Positions 37,123 through 45,875 of a DNA stretch of 64,000 bases are shown in pieces. This stretch comes from a virus (taxonomy: Duplodnaviria > Heunggongvirae > Uroviricota > Caudoviricetes): positions 39,743 to 103,742 of IMG/VR virus record IMGVR_UViG_3300048850_000064. One strand, given 5' to 3'. The notes beneath the pieces are model-generated. The model ran no database searches, was not told the DNA's origin, and saw only the letters and a list, made by a program, of their open reading frames with translations. Every line of letters begins with the position of its first letter. The stretch's first letter is position 1. A program made the position numbers and the translations under genes.

Positions 37123-37164
37123 GCGCTATAACGCAATTGTTCAGTCAGTCATTAATGATTGACT
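37123..37164 (+). promoter_or_regulatory. Promoter/operator signature (GCGCTATAACG + TCAGTCAGTCATTAATGATTGACT)
   Basis: Read directly; extra GCTATAAAC at 37091. Confidence 0.5.
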
Positions 37165-37322
37165 TTGTAATTGGCGAGCGATACGAAGCCTACAGAGGAG
37201 ACGGCATGACGAAGTTCTGATCGAAGCCCCGAAACACGACAGAGAAGCATACGGACTGACTTGGCACCGTGAGGCCCAGGCACCTTAGGCGAGAATTTGG
37301 ACATGGTTCTCGATCGGTCAAA

Positions 37323-37573
37323 CCAATTCGCCCGAATGGGCAACGAGCTGGGGTGTGGGATCGATAAAGGTCTCGCCGGCACAGGCCGAGATAAACGCTC
37401 TCGGTAGCTCCAAACAAGTCCCGCCGTCTCTCAGGCTAAGGCAGGGTAGTCCGGAACGCCCTTCTGGTGCCAGGAGTGGTCCGTATGAGAGCAAGTGACC
37501 AAGGCTCGCGCAAAGCCAAGGTCCGAGAGGTTCAACTCCTCGGCGGGGCTCCAAATTCGCCCGAATGGGCACG
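37323..37573. repeat. Pair of 23-bp direct repeats (CCAA(A)TTCGCCCGAATGGGCA(A/C)CG) bracketing ~200 bp in a 550-bp ORF-free region
   Basis: Copies at 37323-37345 and 37551-37573. Confidence 0.6.
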
Positions 37574-37642
37574 CCTGGCGCTGAATAGCGACGGCGACGA
37601 TCATCAGTCATAACTGACTAACCGAGAGGAGACACGGTTATC

Positions 37643-37948
37643 ATGACGAGCCGCCCTATACGTCCGGAAGAGGTCGCCGAAATGAAGGTCGACAGCTTCC
37701 CCGACGAGGTGTTCGAGATTTTCAATCTGCTGATCACCCAGCATTTCGACCATGGATGCGCCCGTATCGAGCAGAGAGACGTCCTTGCGGAGCTCGAAGT
37801 AAGACTGCCGACGCTGAGCCGTGGCGACATCTTCGCGCGCGGCTACCTGAACGTCGAGGACGTCTATCGAGCGGCCGGCTGGAAGGTTGCCTATCGCAAG
37901 CCCGATTATACCGAGACCTTCCCTGCTTACTACGAGTTCCGCAAATGA
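37643..37948 (+). CDS. Hypothetical protein
   Basis: 101 aa. Confidence 0.5.
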   Translation: MTSRPIRPEEVAEMKVDSFPDEVFEIFNLLITQHFDHGCARIEQRDVLAELEVRLPTLSRGDIFARGYLNVEDVYRAAGWKVAYRKPDYTETFPAYYEFRK

Positions 37949-38148
37949 CCGGTCTCGAGATTGTCGGCGCCTCGGCGATCTACATCGTGTGCCTGATCTT
38001 GGCCGGCTATGCCGCGGCTGCCGTCAGCGCTTACCTCAACCGCAGAGGCGGTCTGGAGTCGATCATCTGGGTCGTTCTTCCGGCTTTCATCATCTGGTTC
38101 GCCGGCGCCGTCGTCGGCCTGGTTCTGTTCGGGAGGATGCTGACATGA
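37945..38148 (+). CDS. Small membrane protein (two TM)
   Basis: ATGA overlap; hydrophobic. Confidence 0.5.
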   Translation: MTGLEIVGASAIYIVCLILAGYAAAAVSAYLNRRGGLESIIWVVLPAFIIWFAGAVVGLVLFGRMLT

Positions 38149-38294
38149 AGATCCGTTGCGACAACTGCAACTGGACTGGCCGAGACGGTGATCTCACCGA
38201 GGCCGAATGCTGCCCGCGATGCTTCGAGAAAACCTATTTGCGCCTGCACTGCTCGCCGGCGCCGCTTCCCGCTCATCCGCCGCTAAGTGCCTGA
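38145..38294 (+). CDS. Zinc-ribbon peptide
   Basis: CDNCNW...CCPRC; ATGA overlap. Confidence 0.45.
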   Translation: MKIRCDNCNWTGRDGDLTEAECCPRCFEKTYLRLHCSPAPLPAHPPLSA

Positions 38295-38473
38295 TATTGC
38301 CAGCCGAATACCAATTCTGAACGCGCTAAATTGAATTATCGAAAGCGCGAAAAGGAGACACACATGCAATGGATCGCAAAGCTGCTGCCTGATGGCTACT
38401 GGTGGAACGGCATCGAAGTCAAAGGCACCTGGCGTCCCTATTACCGCGTCGGCCGTGCCGGCAACTGCCTGCG

Positions 38474-38671
38474 GTTCTAGCCATGCTCGCCTATTACGTC
38501 AGCAAGGCGAAGAAGGGCGTCTGGGTCATCACCCAGGTTCAGCCCGGCTGGATCAATCCGCTGCCGAACAGCTATCCGTCGCGCGACGCCGCGGCGACAG
38601 CCGCAAACGAGCTCGCCGGCCCGGATGGGTCGGTGACGATCGTCAAACCGAAAAAGAAGGAACTGCACTGA
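38474..38671 (+). CDS. Hypothetical protein
   Basis: 65 aa. Confidence 0.4.
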   Translation, partial: VLAMLAYYVSKAKKGVWVITQVQPGWINPLPNSYPSRDAAATAANELAGPDGSVTIVKPKKKELH

Positions 38672-38922
38672 TGAGCGGCTGGACCGACGAGCAGAAGCAG
38701 CGCCGCATGGCACGCGACGCAGCGATGATCCTACACCCGGATCGTTGGCCCCTTCCCTTCCTGTTCGTCAAGTCGCAGCCCTGGGTGACAGAGGCTGCCG
38801 GCGGCCGGATGCGCTCCGGTCGGCTCGAGCGAGAGGATCTCCTCACCGTTCACACTGAGGACGGCACCGTCGAGATCTTCGGCTCGATCGAGCAGTTGGT
38901 CGAAATGTGGAGTGTCGATTGA
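38671..38922 (+). CDS. Hypothetical protein
   Basis: TGATG coupling. Confidence 0.45.
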   Translation: MSGWTDEQKQRRMARDAAMILHPDRWPLPFLFVKSQPWVTEAAGGRMRSGRLEREDLLTVHTEDGTVEIFGSIEQLVEMWSVD

Positions 38923-39155
38923 TGGCTGTCGCAAGCGATCCGAAGATCATGGCGCGGGAGATCTTCCTCGCCTACGCCGACCTGGCTCGCTACGGCGACA
39001 AGGCGCGGCATGTAATCGACGGCATTAACGCCGGCGATATGGACGACATGCCGATGCTGCAGATTGCGGCGCTGGCGATCGAGACGGAGCGGAAACGGGC
39101 GGCCGGCACGGTCGACCCGCTGGCCGCCTTTATGCGCGAAGCGGGGTTGGAATGA
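38922..39155 (+). CDS. Hypothetical protein
   Basis: TGATG coupling. Confidence 0.45.
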   Translation: MAVASDPKIMAREIFLAYADLARYGDKARHVIDGINAGDMDDMPMLQIAALAIETERKRAAGTVDPLAAFMREAGLE

Positions 39156-39508
39156 AGATCGTTAACCGTAAGACCTTTCTGACTCTGCCGGCAGGCACGG
39201 TCTATCTGCAGGCGTTTGAGCCCTGGGTCTGGGAAGACATCAAGGTGAAGGGCGATACGCTGCACACCGAAGGCGCCGGCGATTGGGTCGAGCTCGACCT
39301 TACCTATTTCGAGAACGACGGCTCGACCCAGTATTTCGATCGCCTGGACGAGATGAAGGATAGCGGCGCCTCCTACCCGCTCGACCTCGAAACCACGGGT
39401 CGCGACGGCATGTTCGAGATGCGCTCCCTGTTCATGATCTACGAGCGCACCGACGTCGAGAAATTGCGCGACCTGTTCGCCAGCCTGGTCGAGAGGGCGC
39501 CAGCATGA
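39152..39508 (+). CDS. Hypothetical protein
   Basis: ATGA overlap. Confidence 0.5.
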   Translation: MKIVNRKTFLTLPAGTVYLQAFEPWVWEDIKVKGDTLHTEGAGDWVELDLTYFENDGSTQYFDRLDEMKDSGASYPLDLETTGRDGMFEMRSLFMIYERTDVEKLRDLFASLVERAPA

Positions 39509-39756
39509 GGTGCGACCAGTGCAGATTCTGGACTGCTAAGGAGAATATCGAGGATACCGATGCGCAGCTCGTCGGCGTGCGAAGGTGCACCAGGGTTCTC
39601 GAGCTCTGGCAGGCGACCGAGTGGGACGACGATTGCGAGCGCGTTCTGAAACCCGGCTTCGAGGAGCAGAAAATGTTCGTGATGGACGGATCTTGCTACG
39701 CGGCGCACCTCTACACGCGGCCGGAGTTCTTCTGTGCTCATTTCGAGGTGATCTGA
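39505..39756 (+). CDS. Cys-rich hypothetical protein
   Basis: ATGA overlap. Confidence 0.45.
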   Translation: MRCDQCRFWTAKENIEDTDAQLVGVRRCTRVLELWQATEWDDDCERVLKPGFEEQKMFVMDGSCYAAHLYTRPEFFCAHFEVI

Positions 39757-40148
39757 TGCCCCAGGGTGGACGTTACATCCTTTGCGATCGCTGCAAGGTC
39801 AGCACCTTTTCGCTCAATCTGCCGTGGCCTCACGACGGAACGACGATGCAGGCGGCGCAAGAGGCCGGTTGGAAGGCCGACGGGAACTATGACCTATGTC
39901 CGTCGTGCCTCGAGCCCTACGCCGAGTTCGACGACTGTGTCTGGACCGGACCTTATTGCAGCAGCAAGAAGGCAATGGACGAAATGCGCAGGCTCGCCGG
40001 AGAGCACGACCTTGGCTTCCTCTACAATCCCGGTGGTGGACAGTTCACCCGGCGAGGGGATCGCTTCAATTGTCAGATTACGACCTGCGACGACGTGCTG
40101 GATCTCAACACGCTGCGCAGGGCGCTGGAAAACGCGGGGAGAAAGTGA
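39756..40148 (+). CDS. Cys-rich hypothetical protein
   Basis: CDRC...CPSC pairs. Confidence 0.45.
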   Translation: MPQGGRYILCDRCKVSTFSLNLPWPHDGTTMQAAQEAGWKADGNYDLCPSCLEPYAEFDDCVWTGPYCSSKKAMDEMRRLAGEHDLGFLYNPGGGQFTRRGDRFNCQITTCDDVLDLNTLRRALENAGRK

Positions 40149-40357
40149 TGGGTGTCTGGCGATATTGCGACAAGTGCGGTGCAGGCCAGGACCAGATCAC
40201 CCTCGAGGAGCTCGAGGCGATTTCCTACAGCGAAACCGCCAAGGTCGAGTGCACGCATTGTCACGCCGACCGCGGCGATGATACGCCGGAGCTGCGGTTC
40301 AACCTGCTTTTGATCGAGGTGATCGGGTTGCGAAAGGAGGTCGAGGCGCTGAAATAG
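40148..40357 (+). CDS. Zinc-ribbon small protein
   Basis: CDKCG...CTHCH. Confidence 0.45.
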   Translation: MGVWRYCDKCGAGQDQITLEELEAISYSETAKVECTHCHADRGDDTPELRFNLLLIEVIGLRKEVEALK

Positions 40358-40392
40358 AGATGCCTGGCACTCAACGAGGAGGTCTGTAACGC

Positions 40393-40800
40393 ATGAAATC
40401 GCCAAAAGAGATCGACACCATCATCGGCCGAAACCTTCGCCGGATGCGAGAGCTTCGCGGCTTGAATCAGATCGACCTCGGAAAGGCGCTCGGTATCGGC
40501 TTTGCGCAGGTTCAGAAATACGAAGCGGCACGAAGCGAGCTGACGGTCAGCAAGATCGTCATCCTCGCGGGCATCCTCGACTGCGCCATCGATGACTTCT
40601 TCGCCGGCGTCGAAGATGGTGACCGAAGCGCCAGGATTCTAGCCCGGGCGAGCATGCAAGCGGTGAGGGTTGCGACGAATTTCGACAAGATCGCCGCGGC
40701 TGACCAACGTAACGCGTTGGCGATCTTGGTCGCCCGTATGGCGAAGGAACAACCAGATATGCCGGAGCAAGTCGCCGCTCCTGAAGGTGAAAGGGTATAG
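40393..40800 (+). CDS. XRE-family HTH transcriptional regulator (Cro/CI-like)
   Basis: LRRMRELRGLNQIDLGKALGIGFAQVQKYEAA HTH_3 pattern. Confidence 0.6.
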   Translation: MKSPKEIDTIIGRNLRRMRELRGLNQIDLGKALGIGFAQVQKYEAARSELTVSKIVILAGILDCAIDDFFAGVEDGDRSARILARASMQAVRVATNFDKIAAADQRNALAILVARMAKEQPDMPEQVAAPEGERV

Positions 40801-40827
40801 CTATCGATACTGGACAGTTATCGATAG
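40801..40827. promoter_or_regulatory. Inverted-repeat operator CTATCGATA-N9-TATCGATAG
   Basis: Perfect 9-bp arms right at stop of XRE regulator. Confidence 0.55.
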
Positions 40828-40934
40828 TGAGACCGCGGCGCCGGATCCCATGGCAGTGACGGAAGCGGAGATTCCCTTTGCTTCCGTTAAGGATTTGTTA
40901 ACCAATGTTTTCAACCACTTGTTAAGGAGCGGAA

Positions 40935-41444
40935 ATGACCGAGAAGATCCTGCGCGAGGCGCTGCTTGCGGTCCAGACCTGGGCCGAACAGCGCTGCCCT
41001 TGCAAGAACGAGCAGCCGAACCCCTGCCCGCTCTGCGGCGCCGACGCCAACAAGCCGAGCGACGTCTGCCTGTCGGCGGAAAACACATTGCCGCGGCATC
41101 TGCGCGTGGCGATCAACCAGGCTCTTGCAGCTACCCGCTCATCCGCTATCGGTGAAGGGAGCCGCGTGGAGGGGCTTCCCACATCGGGAGACATCATCTC
41201 TAGAAAATTCCAAGCGTTCGATCTGTATTGCGACGAGCACCCAGAATTTACCGGTGAGTGGCAAGACCTCTCCACCGAAACGCAAGATCATTACCTTTCC
41301 GCCCTCCGCTCCCCACCAGAGCCCCGCGGATGGTTCGTCAAAGACTTCGCGGACGGCTGGATATATTTCGACAATGAGGCCGACGCGAAGCGACAGGTCG
41401 ACGCGACCGGCGCTATAATGCTTGCCGGTTACCTCCCGAGGTAA
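40935..41444 (+). CDS. Hypothetical protein
   Basis: 169 aa. Confidence 0.5.
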   Translation: MTEKILREALLAVQTWAEQRCPCKNEQPNPCPLCGADANKPSDVCLSAENTLPRHLRVAINQALAATRSSAIGEGSRVEGLPTSGDIISRKFQAFDLYCDEHPEFTGEWQDLSTETQDHYLSALRSPPEPRGWFVKDFADGWIYFDNEADAKRQVDATGAIMLAGYLPR

Positions 41445-41561
41445 CGGCCATCGGAACAAACTGGGTCTTAACGCCTTTCACGTAAAATTTGTTGAGTTCC
41501 TACTGTGAATGTGTGCATATAGCTCACATCTATTGCCCGAGACGGGCACACGGAGTTGATC

Positions 41562-41717
41562 ATGATTATGCGCCAGCGCGTCACCACGCGCACGCCCCGC
41601 CAGAAGCCGGAAGTCAAGTTCGAGGCACGCCCGAAAAAGCGGCCGACGGACTATGCTGCCGTGGCGAAGGATCTGATCAAGCGCTACCCGCAGGTGATGG
41701 CGCATCTTGCCAAATGA
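41562..41717 (+). CDS. Putative antitoxin of Doc (Phd-like role, 51 aa)
   Basis: Hand-translated MIMRQRVTTRTPRQKPEVKFEARPKKRPTDYAAVAKDLIKRYPQVMAHLAK; ggag RBS; overlaps doc start by 11 nt. Confidence 0.35.
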   Translation: MIMRQRVTTRTPRQKPEVKFEARPKKRPTDYAAVAKDLIKRYPQVMAHLAK

Positions 41718-42117
41718 GCCTATCTGGCTGCCCAGGCAAGCCGTAATAGACATCAACCGTGAAGTTGTCGAGGCGACAGGGGAGAATCACGCTCTCCTGT
41801 TTCCCGACAAGCTTGAGAGCGCCCTCGCCCGGCCCATCAACGCCTATTTCTACGAAGAGACCTATGACGTGGTCTCCCTTACGGTGAACCTCATGGTCGC
41901 GATCGGCCAGGCGCACGCCTTCGAGCAAGGCAACAAGCGCACCGCGTTCATCTCCGGCCTCGCCTTCCTCGGCGACAACGGCTACGCCTTCGTCCACCCC
42001 GACACCACCCCGTTCGCCATGGATATTGAGGCGGTCATCACCAGGGAAATGTCACCTGGCGAGTTCGAGGAATATTTCGCTCACTGGGTCGTGCCGCTTC
42101 CCGAGGACGAAGACTGA
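41707..42117 (+). CDS. doc: Doc (death-on-curing) family toxin, Fic fold
   Basis: HAFEQGNKRTAF matches Doc/Fic H-x-F-x-D/N-G-N-K-R motif; TTG start. Confidence 0.7.
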   Translation: MPNEPIWLPRQAVIDINREVVEATGENHALLFPDKLESALARPINAYFYEETYDVVSLTVNLMVAIGQAHAFEQGNKRTAFISGLAFLGDNGYAFVHPDTTPFAMDIEAVITREMSPGEFEEYFAHWVVPLPEDED

Positions 42118-42193
42118 GGCTCTTGACGGCGCCGGATCCCGCGGCATCTCATGCTGTATGGCAAAGGCGCGATCGCAGCCACCTATAGATCCC

Positions 42194-43123
42194 ATGCCGC
42201 TCCGGATCGAGCCGTGCGTTCCGCTTCTTGCCAAGGAGGCGCCACGGGGCGACCGCTGGATCCACGAAATCAAATGGGATGGTTATCGGGTGATGGTGCA
42301 TATCCAGCCCGACCGCGTCCGCATCCTTTCCCGCAACGGCAACGACTGGACGAAGCGCTTTCCCTCGATCGTCGCGGCCGCGGAGAGCCTGCGCCCTGCG
42401 ACCATGATCCTCGACGGCGAGGCCGTGGTGCTCGACGAGCAGGGCAGATCGGATTTCGGGCTGCTGCAGCACGCGCTGGGCGGCCAGGGCGGCAAACGCA
42501 ATGCCGGCGCTGCTCTCCTCTACGCCTTCGACCTGCTTTATCTGAACGGGCACGATCTGCGGCCGCGCCGGCTGCGGGATCGCCGAATAATGCTCGAGGA
42601 GGTTTTGCACGACCAGCAAGGCGCCATCCTTCTCTCCCAGGCTACCGCCGGCGATGGCCCTGCCCTCTTCGAGGCGGCCTGTGACCATGGGCTCGAGGGC
42701 ATCGTCAGCAAGGATGTAACCAAGCCCTATCACTCCGGTCGTTCAAACGACTGGCTCAAGATCAAATGCGTCCAGCGCGACAAGTTCCTGATCATCGGCT
42801 ACGAGCCATCCGCGGCGCTACCGACGGCGATCGGCCGGCTGCTCCTGGCCGCCCGGAAAGGCGACCAGCTCGTCTATGTGGGCAGCGTCGGGACGGGATG
42901 GAGCAATCGCATGTCCTTCGAGCTGAAACAGCTCCTAGACCTCATCCACGCCGATGAGAAACCGGTCGCGCATCGGCGCAAGGGTGCGATTTTCACCCAG
43001 CCGCTGCTCGTGGCCGAAATCGAATACCGCGCCTGGACCAAGGACAACAAGCTGCGCCACCCCTCATTCAAGGGCGTCGACCAGGCGACGGAAGAGGTCG
43101 AGATCTACAGCCTCGGCGAATGA
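42194..43123 (+). CDS. ATP-dependent DNA ligase (LigD/LigC ligase-domain type)
   Basis: Motif I EIKWDGYR, III LDGEAVV, IV EGIVSK, V WLKIK. Confidence 0.75.
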   Translation: MPLRIEPCVPLLAKEAPRGDRWIHEIKWDGYRVMVHIQPDRVRILSRNGNDWTKRFPSIVAAAESLRPATMILDGEAVVLDEQGRSDFGLLQHALGGQGGKRNAGAALLYAFDLLYLNGHDLRPRRLRDRRIMLEEVLHDQQGAILLSQATAGDGPALFEAACDHGLEGIVSKDVTKPYHSGRSNDWLKIKCVQRDKFLIIGYEPSAALPTAIGRLLLAARKGDQLVYVGSVGTGWSNRMSFELKQLLDLIHADEKPVAHRRKGAIFTQPLLVAEIEYRAWTKDNKLRHPSFKGVDQATEEVEIYSLGE

Positions 43124-43143
43124 CTATCCGCACGATGCCAGCC

Positions 43144-43169
43144 GCACGCCACGTCAGCCTGTGAGATTG
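43144..43169 (+). promoter_or_regulatory. Class-2 promoter-like motif GCACGCCACGTCAGCCTGTGAGATTG
   Basis: Family members at 44638, 47076, 48248, 48637. Confidence 0.4.
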
Positions 43170-43574
43170 TAAATCATCAACAGAGCGAACGAACGAGAGC
43201 GAGCGCAGCGACAAATGACCTGGAATTACTGACGCGGGTGGCTCCCGCCGAACTAACAGCCCGGCCCGGATAAAGCCGTCATCCCACATACGGTAGGCGT
43301 AGCTGATACAGAGGCAGGCGATGGAGCCGGAAGCCTCGGCACGCTGATCCCGATTGTCGCCCACTCACTTAGAGATCCGGGGTGAAATTTCTGCCTGTAT
43401 GCCTCACAGGGTCCGGCTAGACCGGCCGTAGGTGTTGTCACAGTGAATGCCGCTTGAGTGCTCACGATCCACTCCTAGATCCGTATCCCGCTGCCTTTTG
43501 ATGCCGACGCAAGCACGAAGGAGTGATGACGGTGCGGAGTGTGATCAATGAACACTCGGTAAGGAGAGACGCCG

Positions 43575-43865
43575 ATGACCAATTATCTCCGCAAAATGCT
43601 GAACGCCGCTTCCGGCGAGGGCTTCAAGTTCGAGGTTCAAGGAGGCGGTGACGAGGCCGACTATATCGGCCATCACCCCGCCGGCGCCGAGGAGGCTCTC
43701 GTTGCCGTGGAAGAGGCCGAGCTGATCCTCTTCGATGCCGAGGGCAAGAAGGTGGCATGGGCCTTGATCCTGCCCGGCCTGGCACCCGACGAGGTCGTCG
43801 CCGATTGCGGCGCCGGTGACTGGATCGATAAATGGTGGAGCCGGAACGCCGTAGCCGCGGCTTAA
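43575..43865 (+). CDS. Hypothetical protein
   Basis: 96 aa, ggagag RBS. Confidence 0.5.
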   Translation: MTNYLRKMLNAASGEGFKFEVQGGGDEADYIGHHPAGAEEALVAVEEAELILFDAEGKKVAWALILPGLAPDEVVADCGAGDWIDKWWSRNAVAAA

Positions 43866-44113
43866 CCCGGCCTGGTAGCAAAAGGCGTGGAACTTTACCT
43901 CTATTACGTGCGTTCCACCGCTGCCGGCAAAACCCCTTGAGCCGGCGCGACGGCATGTCTCTTGCCTGTCGACAGCCGGGAGCGAATGCGCTGACCTCGC
44001 CTGCTGCTCCCGGCACCCGCCGCTCTCAATCCTTCAGTTACCGACCGATCTCCAATCGAGCCATTGCTATAACGCAATCATCGAAAGTAAAGCGCACTGC
44101 GCAGGAGAGATAG

Positions 44114-44359
44114 ATGGAAAACCTGGTGAACGAAGCGGTTATCGAACCGGAAGACGGTTTCTCGTTCGACGCATACGAATTCTCAGACAACCTTGAGCCC
44201 CTCACCAAACGCGCCAGTGACGAAGGCGAGCACTTTCCGGCCATCTTCTTCCGAAATCGCTCTACCGGAATGCTCTACGTCGCCAAGCGCATGACGCTGG
44301 TCAAGGGTGACCAGTCGGACGGCTCAAGCAATTGGGAAATCGTCGTCGATATCGAGTGA
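44114..44359 (+). CDS. Hypothetical protein
   Basis: 81 aa; GCTATAACG motif at 44064. Confidence 0.5.
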   Translation: MENLVNEAVIEPEDGFSFDAYEFSDNLEPLTKRASDEGEHFPAIFFRNRSTGMLYVAKRMTLVKGDQSDGSSNWEIVVDIE

Positions 44360-44637
44360 CCGCTTCGGCCTCGAGGCGAAATCGGCTATCCAGGCTCGAA
44401 CGCTGAGAAGGGCCTGACAACGCGCAGCCGGCGGTCGTGTTGGTCATAAACAACACCGGCAGTCAGGGGCACCTGGGTCGTTTCTGCCCAAACGCTGACC
44501 TGGCCCGAGGGGAGTGGGAGGGTGTTGCCGCACCCTCCCCTCGGTTCCCTATAGAGAGCCATGGCGCGGCAATGCCACAATCTTCCACGGATAAATTGTG
44601 CCATCCGTGCCCTGCAGTTACCAACCGAACGCCGTTG

Positions 44638-44653
44638 CAGCCTGTGCGATAAG
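44638..44653 (+). promoter_or_regulatory. Class-2 promoter-like motif CAGCCTGTGCGATAAG
   Basis: Read directly. Confidence 0.4.
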
Positions 44654-44688
44654 AGAGCATCAGCAACGCGAGAGCACCGAGAACAGCG

Positions 44689-45009
44689 ATGACCGCACGC
44701 ACCTACGAACTCTACATCAGCCGCGACGCCGACTCGCACACGACCGACCACGACATCTTCTGCCTGCTCTCCGAGTTCCTGGCGCAGCCAATCCTGGCGA
44801 CAGGCTCGGGCACCGGATGCGGCACGCGCGATCTTGATTTTCGCCTCGAGGCCGATCTGACCGAGGTCCAGGTCGTGGATCTGCAGTGCCGGATCCGCAA
44901 CCGCTGCGAAGACGAGACCATCGACGTCATTTACGAGGAATGGCCTGAAGGCAGTGGTCATGACGAGCCGATCATTGCCTATTACGGCGACGGAGCGCTG
45001 ATCGCATGA
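44689..45009 (+). CDS. Hypothetical protein
   Basis: 106 aa. Confidence 0.5.
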   Translation: MTARTYELYISRDADSHTTDHDIFCLLSEFLAQPILATGSGTGCGTRDLDFRLEADLTEVQVVDLQCRIRNRCEDETIDVIYEEWPEGSGHDEPIIAYYGDGALIA

Positions 45010-45215
45010 CCGGCTTCACCTGCCGCGGCTGCGAGAAATCCGACAGACTCTATGAAGACAGCCACGGCGTCTTCTGTGGGCGCTGCGGCCCCTCGGTCGG
45101 CGTCAAGAACAGCGCCTTCAAGATAATCTGGTATGCCGGCTTGACCGTCGACCAGGAAGGTAAGATCACTCACTACGGGCCGGACGGCGCCGGCGGACTG
45201 AGGAAGAAGATATGA
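45006..45215 (+). CDS. Zinc-finger small protein
   Basis: CRGC...CGRCG. Confidence 0.45.
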   Translation: MTGFTCRGCEKSDRLYEDSHGVFCGRCGPSVGVKNSAFKIIWYAGLTVDQEGKITHYGPDGAGGLRKKI

Positions 45216-45454
45216 CCAGACAGAAGGTAGCGCCGGTCGAAATCTACAAGGTGCTGAAACGCGCCCTGGACAACGGCACACTCGATCGCGACCATCTCTC
45301 GAGCCTAGCCAGGGAGATCTCCGACCTGCCACTCTCCACAGTGGAGGACGAGGAAGCCACAATGGCCGTCGTCGCTGCGGAGATGAAGGATATTGCCAAC
45401 GAGCTCGACCTCAAGGTCGTGATCAACGGCCGCATCTACCCGGAGACACCATGA
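45212..45454 (+). CDS. Hypothetical protein
   Basis: ATGA overlap. Confidence 0.45.
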   Translation: MTRQKVAPVEIYKVLKRALDNGTLDRDHLSSLAREISDLPLSTVEDEEATMAVVAAEMKDIANELDLKVVINGRIYPETP

Positions 45455-45663
45455 CCATCTACACCATCCACGCCGACGGCGACGCCAACTTCTACACCAT
45501 CCTCAAGGACAAGAACTGGTTCGCCCGGATTCAGTTCAACGGCGAGCTCATGGTCGAGCGCCAGGAGGAAATTGCCAAGCTCATCGCCAACGTCTTAACT
45601 GACCAGGAGACCGAGACCATGCTGCGCGAGCGCGGCTTTGCACTACCAAAGGAGAGACTATGA
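45451..45663 (+). CDS. Hypothetical protein
   Basis: ATGA overlap. Confidence 0.45.
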   Translation: MTIYTIHADGDANFYTILKDKNWFARIQFNGELMVERQEEIAKLIANVLTDQETETMLRERGFALPKERL

Positions 45664-45875
45664 CCCAATACCGCGTAAGCCTCGAGATCACCGTCGAGGC
45701 CGAGGATCCGCAACAGGCCGCCCTCGAAGCCTACAAGCAACTGGCGACCGAGGAGCTGCCGCTCACCTACTCGGTCAAGGATCCGGCCTCGAGCGCCACG
45801 GACGTCACGCTCAAGAGAGACGAGGCAGACGAATACGCCGGCATCGATATGCCGCCCTTAGGCTTCATGGGCTAA
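45660..45875 (+). CDS. Hypothetical protein
   Basis: ATGA overlap. Confidence 0.45.
   Translation: MTQYRVSLEITVEAEDPQQAALEAYKQLATEELPLTYSVKDPASSATDVTLKRDEADEYAGIDMPPLGFMG

Noticed and set aside
37470-37553. Possible tRNA: T-loop-like GGTTCAACTCC followed by GCGGGGCT-CCA
   Set aside because: I could not find a complementary 5' acceptor strand (GCCCCGC or GU-variant) 70-90 nt upstream, and the T-stem has only 4 Watson-Crick pairs. It is kept only as part of the ncRNA-candidate finding.
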